This document shows positions 63,005-64,000 of a stretch of 64,000 bases of DNA, one piece after another. The translations under genes were made by a program, and so were the position numbers. Each line of letters opens with the position of its first letter. The first letter of the stretch is position 1. This DNA comes from Mobula hypostoma. Its lineage: Eukaryota. Location: contig NC_086097.1 in assembly GCF_963921235.1 (NCBI RefSeq), forward strand, positions 247,196,001-247,260,000, in the 5' to 3' direction. The notes beneath the pieces were generated by a model. It ran no database searches. It saw only the letters and a program-made list of their open reading frames with translations, and was not told the DNA's origin.

Positions 63005-63412
63005 TTTGTTTGATGGCTCTGGGCCTCTACTCCTTGGAATTCAGAAGAACAAGGGGTGACCTTGCTGAAAGGCCTGATAGAGTGGATGTAGAGAGGATGC
63101 TTCCTGTGGTAGCAGCATCGAGGACTAGAGGCACAGCCTCAGAATAGAGGGGTGTCCTTTTAGAATGGAGATGAGGAGAAATTTCTTTCGCCAGTGAGTG
63201 GCGAATCTGTGGAATTTGTTGACACAGGCAGCTGTGGAGGCCAGGTCTCTGGGTATATTTAAAGCAGAGGTTGATAGGTTCTTGATTAGTCAGGGCATGA
63301 AGGGATACGGGGAGAAGGCAGGAGATTGGGGCTGAGAGGGAAAATGGATCAGCCATGATGAAATGATGGAGTAGACTCGATGGGCCAAATGACCTAATTC
63401 TGCTCTTATGGT
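63005..63412 (+). mobile_element. CR1 3' fragment
   Basis: Same family-A C-terminus and UTR as 4310-4745. Confidence 0.85.
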
Positions 63413-64000
63413 GTGCACAGACATGCCAGAATGGGAATGGGGAGTAGAATTGAAATGGTTGGTCAAGGTGAATTACACACTATTTCACACACTCACTCAC
63501 ATACACAGTATGTGCAACCACTAAATCAATCACACAAACTATCGATCACACGCTATTAATCAATCCACCATCCAACCCCACTGTCTCCTTTTCTACATAA
63601 ACCCCACCTTCTCACCACTATTGGCATCCTCCTCCCTCCCAGCCTCTTATAAGCTGCATGATATCAGCAAATTTACAAACAAAAGACAGTGGACAGGGTG
63701 CTCAATATCCTTCATCAAGTCCATTTGGATTAAAACAAGGGAGTATGTATTAAATTAAATACAGACATATACAAGATCTCCCATAATTTTCATATCACTC
63801 AACCTGCATAAACTAAAATTTGCAACTTTCCATCGCATAATTGAAAGATAAAAAGTAAATTAATAAAGTCTACCAGTGCATGTTTGAAAGCTGCCATGCA
63901 GAATGAGATTCCAACTGTATTAGATCACAGTTGCCAGGGACAATATTTCTCCTGGGCCTGGGTCTTGCAGAGCTGCATAGATGTAGGACCAGAGGGCACA

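Overview
Repeat-dense vertebrate genomic DNA, most likely from a cartilaginous fish such as a ray (inferred from the CR1/HER1-type LINEs, V-SINEs and Penelope families). The window lies inside the POU6F2 (RPF-1) gene on the minus strand. Three internal coding exons have canonical AG/GT boundaries and compatible phases: 55351-55560, 42753-42921 and 18462-18630, the last encoding most of the POU-specific domain. Upstream exons and the homeodomain exon lie outside the window. The introns are mostly transposable elements: many CR1 LINE copies, Penelope-like elements (GIY-YIG) with minimal hammerhead-ribozyme motifs, a decayed Mag-like Gypsy element with nested insertions, a solo LTR, Tc1, mariner and Tigger elements, Rex/Babar, L1 and RTE fragments, and SINEs. 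Almost all ORFs in the supplied track are TE remnants. I found no evidence for a new protein-coding system. The best leads are RNA-level: (1) a tandem hammerhead pair inside an inverted repeat on the POU6F2 sense strand; (2) alternating-orientation copies of one young CR1 subfamily bracketing all three exons; (3) a strong alternative splice donor that would truncate POU6F2 inside the POU domain; (4) long palindromic DNA-transposon derivatives. TE boundaries without a stated TSD or TIR are approximate. All family calls are by-eye recognition, not database hits.
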